In this document: positions 63,120-64,000 of the stretch, piece by piece
Position numbering within the stretch: position 1 is the first letter of the stretch
How the letters are laid out: the number at the start of each line of letters is the position of its first letter
Source: Planctomycetota bacterium
GTDB lineage: Bacteria; Planctomycetota; GCA-002687715; CAIWVZ01
Direction of reading: 5' to 3'
Assembly: GCA_044222185.1 (NCBI GenBank)
Contig: JBGANV010000004.1
Location: forward strand, 448,001 to 512,000
DNA: 64,000 nt
Notes under the pieces: generated by a model
What the model saw: the letters and a program-made list of their open reading frames with translations, nothing else
The model's database searches: none
Told to the model about the DNA's origin: nothing
Position numbers and translations under genes: made by a program

Positions 63120-63496
63120 CCGGCCGGCCCCGAAAACGGCTCTGTACACGCTTAGTACACGCATTCGGCGGGGAGTGCGGGGTTCCGGGGGGAGAGGGGG
63201 ACTTGTGACTCCGCGAGGCTTCACGCGGTCGCGATGGACACGACCGCCCCCCACGTGAATGCGATTCGAGCGGTCGTCCCCTCCGGCGCATCGAGGCGGC
63301 TGGCCGAGAAGCGTCACTGCGCTGACGAATATGAATGTCGGGCACGACGTCGTAGAACTCGCCAGTCGGGCCTGGACACGATTCATGCACCCGAGACCGG
63401 ATCGAAACGGTCCCGAGACCACGGGAGCGCGCCAGGACGGCTCCCGCGCGCTCGCACGGACGAGTCACGCGAGCTTCGTGTCTTCCGAATCCAGTC

Positions 63497-64000
63497 TTAT
63501 CGGCGCACGGTTCCGTTGGAAAAACGGCGAAGCAGCTCGATGCTTTCGGGCGCAATCGTCCGGAAGTTGTGAACCACGCGTTCCAGCGCCCTCGATGTAC
63601 CACGATTCACAAAGGCGATCTCGGTGCGCCAGCCGCGCTCGACCGCCTTCTCGAGTGCGGGCACGTAGTCGGCATCGCCCGCAACCAGGATAAGCGTGGA
63701 GGGGCCTGCTTCCTGAAAGAGTGCGGAAGTCATGTCAACCGTAAGATACGAATCGTCTTGCTTGGATCGGTTGTTCGCGCCCAGGTAACCGCGCCGAACC
63801 GTAAATCCTTGATTCTCTGCGTTCGCCCAAAAGGTGTCGTCATCGGGAATCACTCCCGCGATATATGCACTCTTCACAGGTCGTACCACACCGTCTGCGT
63901 TTCGCGAGACCTCGGTCAAGAGCTCTCCAAAGTCAATTCGGAACTCCGGCCCTTTCAGGTCGTTCACGATTCCCCAGAAGAGGTTCTGATCATCGACAAA
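63497..64000 (-). CDS. NYN (LabA/DUF88, PIN-like) domain protein, 5' end outside window
   Basis: FVDDQN at the window edge, KQDD..LTVD, LVAGDADYVP, G.RTEI; visibly more AT-rich than its neighbours. Confidence 0.85.
   Translation of the reverse strand, partial: FVDDQNLFWGIVNDLKGPEFRIDFGELLTEVSRNADGVVRPVKSAYIAGVIPDDDTFWANAENQGFTVRRGYLGANNRSKQDDSYLTVDMTSALFQEAGPSTLILVAGDADYVPALEKAVERGWRTEIAFVNRGTSRALERVVHNFRTIAPESIELLRRFSNGTVRR

Noticed and set aside
63091-63603. ORFs between tRNA-Pro and the NYN gene
   Set aside because: No recognisable motifs in any frame; likely non-coding or decayed

Overview
High-GC bacterial window. The gene content (FG-GAP/PPC surface proteins, ECF sigma, A2-type oxidase, split Rieske/cyt b complex with a multiheme cyt c) suggests a Planctomycetota- or Acidobacteria-like organism, but this is inference only. 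In order it holds: a crotonase-thiolase-fused aconitase-type dehydratase operon; a membrane protein/pseudopilin/HD-GYP module; a tightly coupled five-gene locus (8.8-19.7 kb); ECF sigma/TPR genes; a class II photolyase; assorted housekeeping and surface proteins; UbiD; a ferredoxin; a divergently transcribed respiratory supercluster (Rieske-cyt b-SUIV-octaheme cyt c versus aa3-type oxidase plus assembly genes) containing tRNA-Val; ugd; a candidate structured sRNA; a SWIM-SNF2 helicase; a nonaheme cytochrome; tRNA-Pro; and the probable edge of an island with an NYN nuclease. The most striking feature is the 8.8-19.7 kb locus: a ~1306-aa fusion of a DyP-type heme peroxidase to a glycyl-radical-enzyme (PFL-like) domain, with no radical-SAM activase in the window, flanked by an acid-phosphatase/PLC-family phosphoesterase, a PLD3-like protein, an HExxH metallopeptidase and an MBL-fold hydrolase. 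All calls come from motif recognition by eye; no database searches were run.
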